Positions 9,878 through 18,534 of a stretch of 64,000 bases of DNA are shown here, one piece after another (position 1 is the first letter of the stretch; the number at the start of each line of letters is the position of its first letter). The notes beneath the pieces were generated by a model. It was not told the origin of the DNA, made no database searches, and saw only the letters and a list, made by a program, of their open reading frames with translations. The translations under genes and the position numbers were made by a program. Source of the stretch: Candidatus Ghiorseimicrobium undicola (GTDB lineage Bacteria; Omnitrophota; Gorgyraeia; Ghiorseimicrobiales; Ghiorseimicrobiaceae). The stretch is from contig PCWA01000035.1 in NCBI GenBank assembly GCA_002796125.1, positions 457 through 64,456 of the forward strand, given 5' to 3'.

Positions 9878-10921
9878 ATGAGATTAGTTGTAACGGGCAT
9901 AAACCATAAGACAGCCCCGGTTGAAATAAGAGAAAGGCTGTCTTTCAGCATTAAAGAAACAGTGGAAGCAAACCGCCTGTTTAAGAAAAATCTTGCTGTT
10001 TCAGAGGGGCTGATTTTATCAACCTGCAACCGGATGGAGATTTATGCCGTGCTTAATAATCATGACGGCGATTATATCGCAAAGCTTACGAGCTTTTTAA
10101 GCGAGTTTCGCGATATTGACAGTCGCCAATTTAAAGACCGCCTCTATATACATGAAGGCAAGGCGGCTATTGAGCATTTGTTCAGGGTCGCCGCCGGCCT
10201 TGATTCTATGGTTATCGGGGAGATGGAAATATTGGGGCAGGTTAAGCAGGCATATTATGACGCGCAGGAAAGCCGCACGACCGGTAAAATCCTAAACCGC
10301 CTTTTTCAGAAAACTTTTAATACGGCCAAGAAAATACGCACGGATACTTTTATTACCCGGGGTTCTGTTTCCGTAAGTTCGGTTGCGGTAAAATTGGCGG
10401 AAAAAATACTCGGGGATTTATCGGATAAAAAAGTTTTGATAGTAGGAGCCGGACAAATCGGCGAACAATTGCTGGTTTATTTGAAGAAAAACGGGGTAAA
10501 GGCGATATTGGTTGCCAACCGTACCTTTGAAAAAGCCTTAGCTTTAGCCGACAGGTTCGCGGCCTCCGCCATTAAATTTGACGATTTTATTAACAGCCTT
10601 ATTGATGCCGATATCGTTATTAGTTCTACCGGCGCTCCTCATAATATAATCCGCAAAGAAGACGTTGCCCATATCATGCCCAAGAGAAGGCAAAAACCGT
10701 TTTTTATCATTGATCTGGCGGTCCCGCGTGACGTGGAAGCCGAGGTTAATAAAATAGACAACGTTTATCTTTACGATATAGATGATTTGCAGAAAATAGT
10801 GGATGGAAACCTGGCTTTGCGCAAGAATGAACTGAGCAATTGCGATAAGATTATTGAAAGCGCCTCGGCTCATTTTGAGAATTGGCTGGTAAAGGAAAAT
10901 ATAAAACACCATGAAGGATAA
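9878..10921 (+). CDS. hemA: Glutamyl-tRNA reductase.
   Basis: MRLVVTGINHKTAPVEIRERLSF... with a catalytic Cys in STCNRMEIY and an NADPH-binding VLIVGAGQIG. Confidence 0.9.
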   Translation: MRLVVTGINHKTAPVEIRERLSFSIKETVEANRLFKKNLAVSEGLILSTCNRMEIYAVLNNHDGDYIAKLTSFLSEFRDIDSRQFKDRLYIHEGKAAIEHLFRVAAGLDSMVIGEMEILGQVKQAYYDAQESRTTGKILNRLFQKTFNTAKKIRTDTFITRGSVSVSSVAVKLAEKILGDLSDKKVLIVGAGQIGEQLLVYLKKNGVKAILVANRTFEKALALADRFAASAIKFDDFINSLIDADIVISSTGAPHNIIRKEDVAHIMPKRRQKPFFIIDLAVPRDVEAEVNKIDNVYLYDIDDLQKIVDGNLALRKNELSNCDKIIESASAHFENWLVKENIKHHEG

Positions 10922-11831
10922 TTATATAGTTATTGGTTCGCGCGGCAGCAAGCTGGCGCTTGCGCAGACAGGGCTGATAAGGGCGGCTTTAAGTAAAAAT
11001 TTCCCTCAATTAAAAATAGATGTTAGAATAATTAAGACTACCGGAGATAAGATTTTGGATACTCCGCTTGCTAAAATCGGAGACAAGGGTTTGTTCACCA
11101 AAGAGCTTGAAGAGGCGCTGTTGGCTGTCGAAATTGATTTAGCGGTGCATAGCATGAAAGACCTGCCGACGGAACTTCCCGACGGCTTGGAAATAGGCGC
11201 AGTCAGCGCGCGCGAAGAAGCATGCGATGTTTTGGTCTCCAGAGAAGCTTTTACAATTAATAATTTGCCGCAAGGCGCAAAAGTCGGCACCAGCAGCCTG
11301 AGGCGCCGTGCCCAGGTTTTAGCTTTAAGGCAGGATTTGGAAGTATTAGATTTACGCGGGAATCTGGATACGCGATTAGCGAAGTTAAATAGCGGTAGGT
11401 ATGATGCGATTATTTTGGCTTACGCGGGGATAAAGCGGTTAGGGCTTGATTTAAATATGTCTAAGCTGTCATTTGATGAAATGCTTCCACAGGCAGGACA
11501 GGGAGCTTTAGGAATTGAGATCCGTAAAAATGATTTGGATGTGTGTAATCTTATTAACGTCTTGGATGACAACGATTCACGACTCTCAACAGAGGCAGAG
11601 CGGGCGCTATTGGCGGGTTTAGGCGGCGGATGCCAGGTGCCTATCGGGGTATATGCGCGGATTGAGGGCGGAAAAATCGCAATAAAAGCGGGGGTATTTT
11701 CTTTAGACGGAAAACGCGCGATAAAAGATGAAACAGCCGGAGATAAAAAAGACGCGCTTAGGTTAGGCAAGGAATTAGCGCAAGCGCTGCTGAAAAAAGG
11801 GGCGAAAGAGATTTTAGATGAAATTATTTAA
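10911..11831 (+). CDS. hemC: Hydroxymethylbilane synthase (porphobilinogen deaminase).
   Basis: IVIGSRGSKLALAQT N-terminus, about 306 aa with typical HemC motifs. Confidence 0.9.
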   Translation: MKDNYIVIGSRGSKLALAQTGLIRAALSKNFPQLKIDVRIIKTTGDKILDTPLAKIGDKGLFTKELEEALLAVEIDLAVHSMKDLPTELPDGLEIGAVSAREEACDVLVSREAFTINNLPQGAKVGTSSLRRRAQVLALRQDLEVLDLRGNLDTRLAKLNSGRYDAIILAYAGIKRLGLDLNMSKLSFDEMLPQAGQGALGIEIRKNDLDVCNLINVLDDNDSRLSTEAERALLAGLGGGCQVPIGVYARIEGGKIAIKAGVFSLDGKRAIKDETAGDKKDALRLGKELAQALLKKGAKEILDEII

Positions 11832-13356
11832 TTCTGATATTATGCAAAAATCAACCGTATATCTAACAGGTGCCGGGCCCGGGGATGCAAAGTTAATTAC
11901 CGTAAAGGCGCTTGAGCTTATCAAGCGCGCCGATTGCGTTATCTACGATTATCTGGCAAATCCGGATTTACTTAAATTTGCCGGTGAGAAATGTAAAGTA
12001 ATTTATGTCGGTAAAAAAGGTAGTGCGCATACCCTGCCGCAGGCGAAGATTAACCGGCTTTTAGTTAGCTCCGCCAAAAAATATAAAACCGTTGTGCGGT
12101 TAAAGGGCGGAGACCCGTTTATTTTCGGCCGGGGAGCGGAAGAGGCGGTTTTCCTGAAGAAGCATAAAATAAATTTTGAAATTGTCCCCGGAGTTACCAG
12201 CGCGATCGCGGTCCCTGCCTATGCCGGTATTCCTTTGACCGCGCGCGCGCATAATTCCAGTGTTGGATTTATCACCGGCCACGAAGACCCCGGCAAAGAA
12301 AAATCAAATATTGACTGGCAGGCATTGGCTAGGGGGTTGGGTACCTTGGTATTTTTAATGGGGGTGGGCAATTTAGCCTCAATTACGAAAAAATTAATTA
12401 CTGCCGGAAAAGATAAGAGTACGCCTGTGGCGGTAATCCGCTGGGGAACAACTACAGAGCAGAAAACAATAGTCGGTAATTTAGGAAATATCGCCGGGCT
12501 GGTTAAGAAAAATAAAATAAAACCTCCGGCGATAACCGTAGTGGGTGAGGTGGTAGGTTTGCGTAAAGAATTAAGCTGGTTTGAAAAAAAGCCGCTTCTC
12601 GGCAAGAGGGTGGTTGTTACGCGCGCCCGGCATCAGGCAAGCATCTTATCTGAAAAACTCGGTGAGTTGGGAGCTGATGTCGTAGAATCGCCGGCAATAA
12701 ATATCGTATCTTTAAAAGCGGATGGAGCCGTAGAAAAGGCTTTGCTTGGCGAAAAATATGATTGGGTATTTTTTACCAGCCAAAACGGCGTATATGAATT
12801 CGCGGAAATTTTGGATAGAATAAAAAAAGATACTAGATTATTGAGCCAGGTGAAGATTTGCGCCATAGGCTCTGAAACCGCTAAAAGCCTGAATAAAATA
12901 GGCATAAAGCCGGATTATGTGCCAAACCGTTTTTACGCCGAAGAAATAATAAAACATTTTGAATCAGCTAGATTTCGCAATCTTCGCGCTTTAATTTTAA
13001 GGGCTAAAAAAGCGCGCGATGTCCTACCGCAAGGATTACGTGATGCCGGGATGCTGGTTAAGATAATAGATCTTTATGATACATGTATTGATGAAGAAGC
13101 AAAATCATTAGTAAAGAAGGCGTTTGGCGAAAAAGTAGATTGGGTTACTTTTACCAGCTCATCTACGGTTGAGAATTTTATTAAACTCTTAGGTAATGAT
13201 TACCGGAAAAAACTAATTAAGGTAAAATTGGCATCTATCGGCCCGATTACATCGCAGGCGCTTCGCAGGTTCGGCTTAAAGCCGCATGCTGAGGCAAAGG
13301 TTTATACGATTGATGGGCTAATAGAAGCAATAGTAAAATCAAGGGGTAAGGGTTAA
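11818..13356 (+). CDS. Bifunctional uroporphyrinogen-III C-methyltransferase / uroporphyrinogen-III synthase (CobA-HemD fusion).
   Basis: N-terminal SUMT motifs (VYLTGAGPGDAKLITVKALELIKRADCVIYDYL, VVRLKGGDPFIFGRG). C-terminal ~250 aa match the HemD fold. Confidence 0.85.
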   Translation: MKLFNSDIMQKSTVYLTGAGPGDAKLITVKALELIKRADCVIYDYLANPDLLKFAGEKCKVIYVGKKGSAHTLPQAKINRLLVSSAKKYKTVVRLKGGDPFIFGRGAEEAVFLKKHKINFEIVPGVTSAIAVPAYAGIPLTARAHNSSVGFITGHEDPGKEKSNIDWQALARGLGTLVFLMGVGNLASITKKLITAGKDKSTPVAVIRWGTTTEQKTIVGNLGNIAGLVKKNKIKPPAITVVGEVVGLRKELSWFEKKPLLGKRVVVTRARHQASILSEKLGELGADVVESPAINIVSLKADGAVEKALLGEKYDWVFFTSQNGVYEFAEILDRIKKDTRLLSQVKICAIGSETAKSLNKIGIKPDYVPNRFYAEEIIKHFESARFRNLRALILRAKKARDVLPQGLRDAGMLVKIIDLYDTCIDEEAKSLVKKAFGEKVDWVTFTSSSTVENFIKLLGNDYRKKLIKVKLASIGPITSQALRRFGLKPHAEAKVYTIDGLIEAIVKSRGKG

Positions 13357-13411
13357 GTGATAAGGGTTAAGTAACTTAACCCATAACCCTTAATCCGTAA
13401 CCCTATTTTTT
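13345..13411 (+). repeat. Heptamer-repeat inverted structure (gggttaa / ttaaccc units) overlapping the cobA-hemD stop, followed by a T-run. Possible terminator/attenuator.
   Basis: taagggttaagtgataagggttaagtaacttaacccataacccttaatccgtaaccc then tatttttt. The ahbC start follows immediately. Confidence 0.4.
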
Positions 13412-14570
13412 GATGATTAACTGCACACGTTTACTTTGCGGGAAATTAGGCGTTCAGGACGAAATCCGCTATAAAAAGGGGAAACCGGCGGATACAAACC
13501 GTCCTATTGTGGTCTGGAACTCTACCCGCCGCTGCAATCTTAAATGCATCCATTGCTATATTGACGCAAAGCGCACTCAGGACGCAGGCGAGCTTACCAC
13601 AGAACAGGCAAGGGTATTAATTGATGACTTGGCACAGTTTGGCGCGCCGGTTTTTTTATTTTCCGGAGGCGAGCCTTTTATCCGCGAGGATTTGTTTGAG
13701 CTTGGCAAATACGCTAAGGATAAAGGCCTGCGTACGGTAATTTCAACTAACGGTACGTTGATTACCGACGATATGGCAAAAAAGGTGAGAGATGCCGGTT
13801 TTTCTTATGTGGGCATAAGTTTAGACGGGCTTGAGGCGACGAATGACAAATTCCGGGAGCAAAAAGGCGCCTTTAAAAAGACGCTGGAAGGTATTAGAAA
13901 TTGCCTGAAAAATAATGTGCGCGTGGGCCTGCGTTTTACGATTAATAAACATAATTTTATGGACTTATCCGGCATATTTGATTTAATAGAAAATGAGGGT
14001 ATTCCGCGCGCCTGTTTTTATCACTTGGTTTATTCCGGCCGCGGCAGTTCTATGATAGAGGAAGATTTAGCGCATCCCCAAGCGCGCGCGGCGGTGGATT
14101 TAATTTTTGAGCGTTCAAAACAGCTCTGCGCTAAAGGTAAAGATGTTGAGATATTGACTGTAGATAATCATACCGATGGGGTTTATTTGTATTTGAAGCT
14201 AAGGAAAGAGGATCCGAAACGCGCGGTAGAGGTGCTTGAGCTTTTAAAGATTAACGGCGGCAATAAGACCGGTATCGGCATTGCCGATATAGATAATTTA
14301 GGCGATGTTCATCCCGACCAGTTCTGGCGGGGCTATACTTTAGGTAATGTAAAGGAGCGTAAGTTTAGCGAGATTTGGATGGATGAGAGCAATGAGCTCT
14401 TGAAGAATCTGCGTAACCGCCTGCCGCTTTTAAAAGGCAAGTGCGGCATTTGTCATTTTCAGGATATCTGCGCCGGAAACTTCCGCGCCCGCGCTGAGGC
14501 ATTCTATAACGATACTTGGCAGGAAGACCCTGCGTGTTATTTGACCGAAGATGAGGTGTTGAGTAGGTAG
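13410..14570 (+). CDS. ahbC: Radical SAM / SPASM enzyme of the alternative heme pathway (AhbC/AhbD family; tentatively AhbC, Fe-coproporphyrin III synthase).
   Basis: CNLKCIHCY radical SAM cluster motif near the N-terminus and a C-terminal Cys-rich SPASM-like region (CGICHFQDICAGNFRARA). It sits in an operon with ahbA/B. The C-versus-D assignment rests on size only. Confidence 0.5.
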   Translation: MMINCTRLLCGKLGVQDEIRYKKGKPADTNRPIVVWNSTRRCNLKCIHCYIDAKRTQDAGELTTEQARVLIDDLAQFGAPVFLFSGGEPFIREDLFELGKYAKDKGLRTVISTNGTLITDDMAKKVRDAGFSYVGISLDGLEATNDKFREQKGAFKKTLEGIRNCLKNNVRVGLRFTINKHNFMDLSGIFDLIENEGIPRACFYHLVYSGRGSSMIEEDLAHPQARAAVDLIFERSKQLCAKGKDVEILTVDNHTDGVYLYLKLRKEDPKRAVEVLELLKINGGNKTGIGIADIDNLGDVHPDQFWRGYTLGNVKERKFSEIWMDESNELLKNLRNRLPLLKGKCGICHFQDICAGNFRARAEAFYNDTWQEDPACYLTEDEVLSR

Positions 14571-14689
14571 GGTTTTATATACATTATGGCACTTTTCACT
14601 CTGGTTGCAATTTTTTACGTCAGCTTCTCGGTATTTTAAGGCGCCTGCGGAACTCGTTCTTCGGCGCTATCGCGCCAGGAATGAACTCA

Positions 14690-14879
14690 GACAGTCCTCA
14701 GATTAGGAAATCGGGGGACACAATACTAATTTAATGGCATCTCCCGTAAGGAAAAAGATTAGAAACTACTAATTCTAATAACCGGACAGTCCTCAGATTA
14801 GGAAATCGGGGGACACAATACTAATTTAATGGCATCTCCCGTAAGGAAAAAGATTAGAAACTACTAATTCTAATAACCG
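14690..14879. repeat. Perfect tandem duplication: 2 x 95 bp (14690-14784 and 14785-14879) in the ahbC-hemB intergenic region.
   Basis: The two copies are identical base for base. Each contains a small stem (CGGGGGA...TCTCCCG) and no ORF. Confidence 0.9.
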
Positions 14880-14921
14880 CGTAGGTTGATAAAGTCAGAA
14901 AATGCGGCTTAAAGAAATAAT

Positions 14922-15956
14922 ATGACTTTTCCAAAAATTAGAATGAGAGATAGGCGTAAGGATGAGGCAACGCGCAAGAGGTTTCGCCAAACGCCGGAGG
15001 TCTCGGCGCGGGATTTGATTATGCCTCTTTTTGTCAAAGAGGGTATAGGTAAGAAGAAAGAAATTAAGTCAATGCCCGGCATTTATCAATTTTCGCTAAA
15101 CGACGTAGTCGCGGAGGCAAAGAGCGTTTATAAATTAGGCATTGGCGCAATAATCCTTTTCGGCATCCCCAAGTATAAAGACGAAATTGGTTCTTTCGCT
15201 TATGATGACAACGGCATAACCCAAGAGGTAATCCGGCTGATAAAGAAGGCCGTGCCGAAATTGACGGTCATTGCCGATGTGTGCATGTGTGAATATACCT
15301 CACACGGCCACTGCGGGGTTTTAAAAAGACCCAATACCCAATACTCAATACGCAATACATTTACGATTGATAATGATAAGACAACCGAGATATTAGCCAA
15401 GATTGCGCTATCGTATGCTATAGCCGGGGTGGATATAGCCGCGCCGAGTGCGATGATGGATGGCCAGGTTAGGGCGATAAAAGAAGCATTGCTTAAAAAT
15501 AAATTTCCAAAAGTTAAAATAATGAGTTATTCATCAAAATACGCCTCAAGTTTTTATGGGCCATTTCGCGATGCCGCGGAATCGCCTCCGCGGTTTGGCG
15601 ACCGCAAGACATACCAAATGGATTATTATAATAGCGATGAGGCGGTAATTGAGGCAAAATTAGATATTGCCGAAGGTGCTGATATGGTAATGGTTAAGCC
15701 GGCTTTGGGTTATCAGGATATTATTTATCGCTTAAAGAAAGAGCTAAAATTTCCACTTGCCTGTTATAACGTAAGCGGTGAATACGCGATGATTAAAGCA
15801 GCCGCGCAGCGTGGATTACTCGATGAGAAAAAAGTTGTCTTAGAGATGCTTACCGGTTTTAAGCGCGCCGGTGCCGATAAAATCATAACGTATTACGCGA
15901 AATCCGCCGCCTATTGGCTTAAAAACCATGTAGACCTACGCGGTCTACATGGTTAG
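14922..15956 (+). CDS. hemB: Porphobilinogen synthase (delta-aminolevulinate dehydratase) carrying an in-frame heptamer-repeat insertion.
   Basis: Motifs VCMCEYTSHGHCGVL, active-site Lys region and C-terminal YYAKSAAYW. The inserted NTQYSIRNT is encoded by cccaata cccaata ctcaata cgcaata at 15330-15357. Confidence 0.9.
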   Translation: MTFPKIRMRDRRKDEATRKRFRQTPEVSARDLIMPLFVKEGIGKKKEIKSMPGIYQFSLNDVVAEAKSVYKLGIGAIILFGIPKYKDEIGSFAYDDNGITQEVIRLIKKAVPKLTVIADVCMCEYTSHGHCGVLKRPNTQYSIRNTFTIDNDKTTEILAKIALSYAIAGVDIAAPSAMMDGQVRAIKEALLKNKFPKVKIMSYSSKYASSFYGPFRDAAESPPRFGDRKTYQMDYYNSDEAVIEAKLDIAEGADMVMVKPALGYQDIIYRLKKELKFPLACYNVSGEYAMIKAAAQRGLLDEKKVVLEMLTGFKRAGADKIITYYAKSAAYWLKNHVDLRGLHG

Positions 15957-17015
15957 GTGGTTGAAAATATGGATAAACAAAATGCGAATTTGAGGATGGT
16001 GGCTTGGGAGGTTACGCGCAGCTGTAACTTATCCTGTGCGCATTGCCGCGCATCCAGTAAACACGGCCCGTATCCGGGCGAGCTTTCCAAAGAAGAATGC
16101 TTTAAGGTCTTAGATGAGATTGTCTCTTTTGCCAAGCCGGTAATTATACTTACAGGCGGTGAGCCGTTATTACGGGAAGATATTTTTGAGATTGCCGCCT
16201 ACGGAAAAAAATGCGGCTTGGTCATGGTAATGGCGCCCAACGGCCTGCTTTTAACAGATGAAAATATCAAAAAAATAATCGCCTCAGGAATTAAGCGCAT
16301 ATCAGTAAGCTTAGACGGGCCTAACGCAAAAATACACGATAACCTAAGGCAGGTGCCCGGTGCATTTGATGGAGCGATTGCAGGGATAAAGCGGGCAAAA
16401 AAATTAGGTCTTGAGTTTCAGATAAATTCTACGATCACCAAAAGAAATATCCAGTATTTGCCAGAGATGATGAAGTTGGCCAAGGATCTGGGGGCGGCAG
16501 CGCATCACATATTTTTGCTTGTGCCGACAGGCCGCGGAAAAGATATGGAAAAAGAAGAGCTCTCGCCTCTCGAATATGAAGAAACACTTAAATTTTTAGA
16601 AAAGGAAAAAAATAATTTCCCTTTGCAGATAAAAGTTACCTGCGCACCGCATTATAATAGAATACTTGCGCAGAATAATCCGCAAACGGCCGGTTCTTTG
16701 CGCGGCAGGGGTTGTATGGGAGGTGTGAGTTTTTGTTTTATCTCACATGTGGGAGAGCTTTCGCCCTGCGGTTATTTAGAATTAAAATGCGGCAATGTCA
16801 GGAAAGAGGGTTTTAAAAAGGCATGGCTTGAGTCGGAAGTATTTAATAATTTACGGGACTTTTCCAGGTTTAAAGGTAAATGCGGCGTATGTGAATTCCG
16901 CTACGTCTGCGCGGGGTGCCGGGCGAGGGCGTACGCAAAATGCGGCGATTATTTGTCGGATGAACCGTATTGTATTTACCAGCCTGCGGTTGCTAAAGAA
17001 CAGAGCGAAACATGA
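15957..17015 (+). CDS. ahbD: Radical SAM / SPASM enzyme of the alternative heme pathway (AhbC/AhbD family; tentatively AhbD, heme synthase).
   Basis: CNLSCAHC radical SAM motif plus a C-terminal auxiliary Cys cluster (CGVCEFRYVCAGC). It lies directly upstream of ahbA/ahbB. Confidence 0.5.
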   Translation: MVENMDKQNANLRMVAWEVTRSCNLSCAHCRASSKHGPYPGELSKEECFKVLDEIVSFAKPVIILTGGEPLLREDIFEIAAYGKKCGLVMVMAPNGLLLTDENIKKIIASGIKRISVSLDGPNAKIHDNLRQVPGAFDGAIAGIKRAKKLGLEFQINSTITKRNIQYLPEMMKLAKDLGAAAHHIFLLVPTGRGKDMEKEELSPLEYEETLKFLEKEKNNFPLQIKVTCAPHYNRILAQNNPQTAGSLRGRGCMGGVSFCFISHVGELSPCGYLELKCGNVRKEGFKKAWLESEVFNNLRDFSRFKGKCGVCEFRYVCAGCRARAYAKCGDYLSDEPYCIYQPAVAKEQSET

Positions 17016-17470
17016 ATAGGGCATTAACAGCTTTGGATAAGAGAATATTGAACAGATTACAGCAGGATATTCCTTTTACGGCCGAGCCCTGGAAAAAAAT
17101 CGCCGGAGAATTGAACATTCAAGAAGCGCGTTTATTAAATCGTATTGCAATTTTGAAGAAACGCGGTATAATCCGGAGAATAGCCGCGGTTTTTAATCCA
17201 AGGAAGGTCGGTTTTGTTTCTACGCTGGCGGCGGCAAAAGTAGCGCCTGAGAATATTGAGGCGGCAGCCAGGGCCGTAAATAAGTATCCGGAAGTTACCC
17301 ATAATTACAAACGGCAGGAGGAATATAACCTTTGGTTTGCCTTGGTCGCCCCAAGCAGGAAAAAAATTACGCTTATAATTAACCGGCTAAAAAAGAACAA
17401 AAAATTTAAAAAAGTTATAGAATTGCCGGCAGTCAGACTCTTTAAGATAGACGTTAGCCTGAAAGTATGA
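17012..17470 (+). CDS. ahbA: Siroheme decarboxylase subunit (AsnC/Lrp-like, NirD/L/G/H family).
   Basis: LDKRILNRLQQDIPFTAEPWKKIAGELNIQEARLLNRIAILKKRGIIRRI is typical of AhbA/AhbB. Confidence 0.75.
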   Translation: MNRALTALDKRILNRLQQDIPFTAEPWKKIAGELNIQEARLLNRIAILKKRGIIRRIAAVFNPRKVGFVSTLAAAKVAPENIEAAARAVNKYPEVTHNYKRQEEYNLWFALVAPSRKKITLIINRLKKNKKFKKVIELPAVRLFKIDVSLKV

Positions 17471-17471
17471 T

Positions 17472-17936
17472 ATGCTCTCGCCGCTGGATAAAAAAATAAT
17501 CAGCCTGGTTTCTAAGGATATGCTTTTGAGCAGTCGGCCATTTAAGGTAATGGCCGGTAAAGCCGGCATCAGCGAAGATAAGCTTTTGGCGCGCCTGAAA
17601 TCCTATAAAAAAAGCGGGATGATGCGCAAGTTTTCCGCCGTCCTGCACCATATAAACGCCGGGTTTAAGCACAACGCGATGTGCGTCTGGAATGTGCCGG
17701 AAAAATCAGCCCTGAATGCCGGAAGGATAATCGCCGCCTTTGACTATGTCAGCCATTGTTATCAGCGGAAGAGGCGCGCTGATTGGAAATATAACCTATA
17801 CGCGATGGTGCACGGAAAGACCAGGGCGGAATGTATTAAGGCCGCAAAAAAAATATCCGGGAAAATCGGTTTTCCCGATTGCAAAATCTTATTTTCATCA
17901 AAAGAGTATAAAAAGACCGGGGTGAAGTACGGCTAA
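17472..17936 (+). CDS. ahbB: Siroheme decarboxylase second subunit (AsnC/Lrp-like).
   Basis: Paralogue of the preceding gene (LDKKIISLVSKDMLLSSRPFKVMAGKAGISEDKLLARLKSYKKSGMMRKF). Confidence 0.7.
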   Translation: MLSPLDKKIISLVSKDMLLSSRPFKVMAGKAGISEDKLLARLKSYKKSGMMRKFSAVLHHINAGFKHNAMCVWNVPEKSALNAGRIIAAFDYVSHCYQRKRRADWKYNLYAMVHGKTRAECIKAAKKISGKIGFPDCKILFSSKEYKKTGVKYG

Positions 17937-17946
17937 AAGGATATTA

Positions 17947-18534
17947 TTGGGCATTATTTTTGGGGGATTATTCTTTTCATTTGGCATTTGTCAGGAATCA
18001 GGCCGGAGGCTTCATTCGGAAGCTTTATCTAATAATGAAACAGTTAAACTGCCTTTTGAAACTATAAGATTTATAAAGCGATCAGTGGGTCAAGGGGATT
18101 ATGTCCAAGATGAGCGTTCGCCTATGGAGGCCTGTGATACAATTAAAAAATCTGTTTGTGAGGATAACCCCGGTTTTGATTGTAAGTTGATCGATTCTGC
18201 CAGAATTGATTCGCCGGAGCAATTTGGTAAATGTGTGGATGGGGCAACTGCGGGAGGATGTTTTACTTGTACATTCAAATGTGATTTCATTGAGTCAAAG
18301 CTAGATATTGCAAATACGGGGGAGAAAAAAGATATTTCTAAAGATGAAGCCTTGAAAATCGCCCAAGAGGTTTGTGAAAAAGAGGGCTGGGAATGGAAAG
18401 ATGTTTATGTAGAATTATACGAAGATAAATGGTGGGGAATACATACCAATGCTGGTGTTTTAGGTGGTAATGCTTTTATTCGTATAGATAAAGAAACAGG
18501 AGAGGTGGTAGAGAAATTTTTTAATCGTGAATAA
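17947..18534 (+). CDS. Hypothetical Cys-rich secreted/membrane protein with a C-terminal PepSY-like domain.
   Basis: Hydrophobic N-terminus, ~10 Cys in the middle, and a PepSY-like C-terminus (ISKDEALKIAQE...WWGIHTNAGVLGGNAFIRIDKETGEVV). Embedded in the heme operon. Confidence 0.3.
   Translation: MGIIFGGLFFSFGICQESGRRLHSEALSNNETVKLPFETIRFIKRSVGQGDYVQDERSPMEACDTIKKSVCEDNPGFDCKLIDSARIDSPEQFGKCVDGATAGGCFTCTFKCDFIESKLDIANTGEKKDISKDEALKIAQEVCEKEGWEWKDVYVELYEDKWWGIHTNAGVLGGNAFIRIDKETGEVVEKFFNRE

Noticed and set aside
13410-13415. TTG start for the ahbC-like gene as given in the ORF track.
   Set aside because: ATG codons follow immediately at 13413 and 13416 (MMIN...). The exact start is uncertain but the product call is unaffected, so I kept the track coordinate rather than invent precision.
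14690-14879. Possibility that the 95-bp direct repeats are a CRISPR array.
   Set aside because: Only two units, directly abutting with no spacer, and far longer than CRISPR repeats. No cas genes nearby. This is a tandem duplication.
16795-17019. 74-aa + strand ORF overlapping the 3' end of the ahbD-like radical SAM gene in another frame.
   Set aside because: Out-of-frame overlap with a CDS that has conserved SPASM cysteines in the main frame. No independent support.
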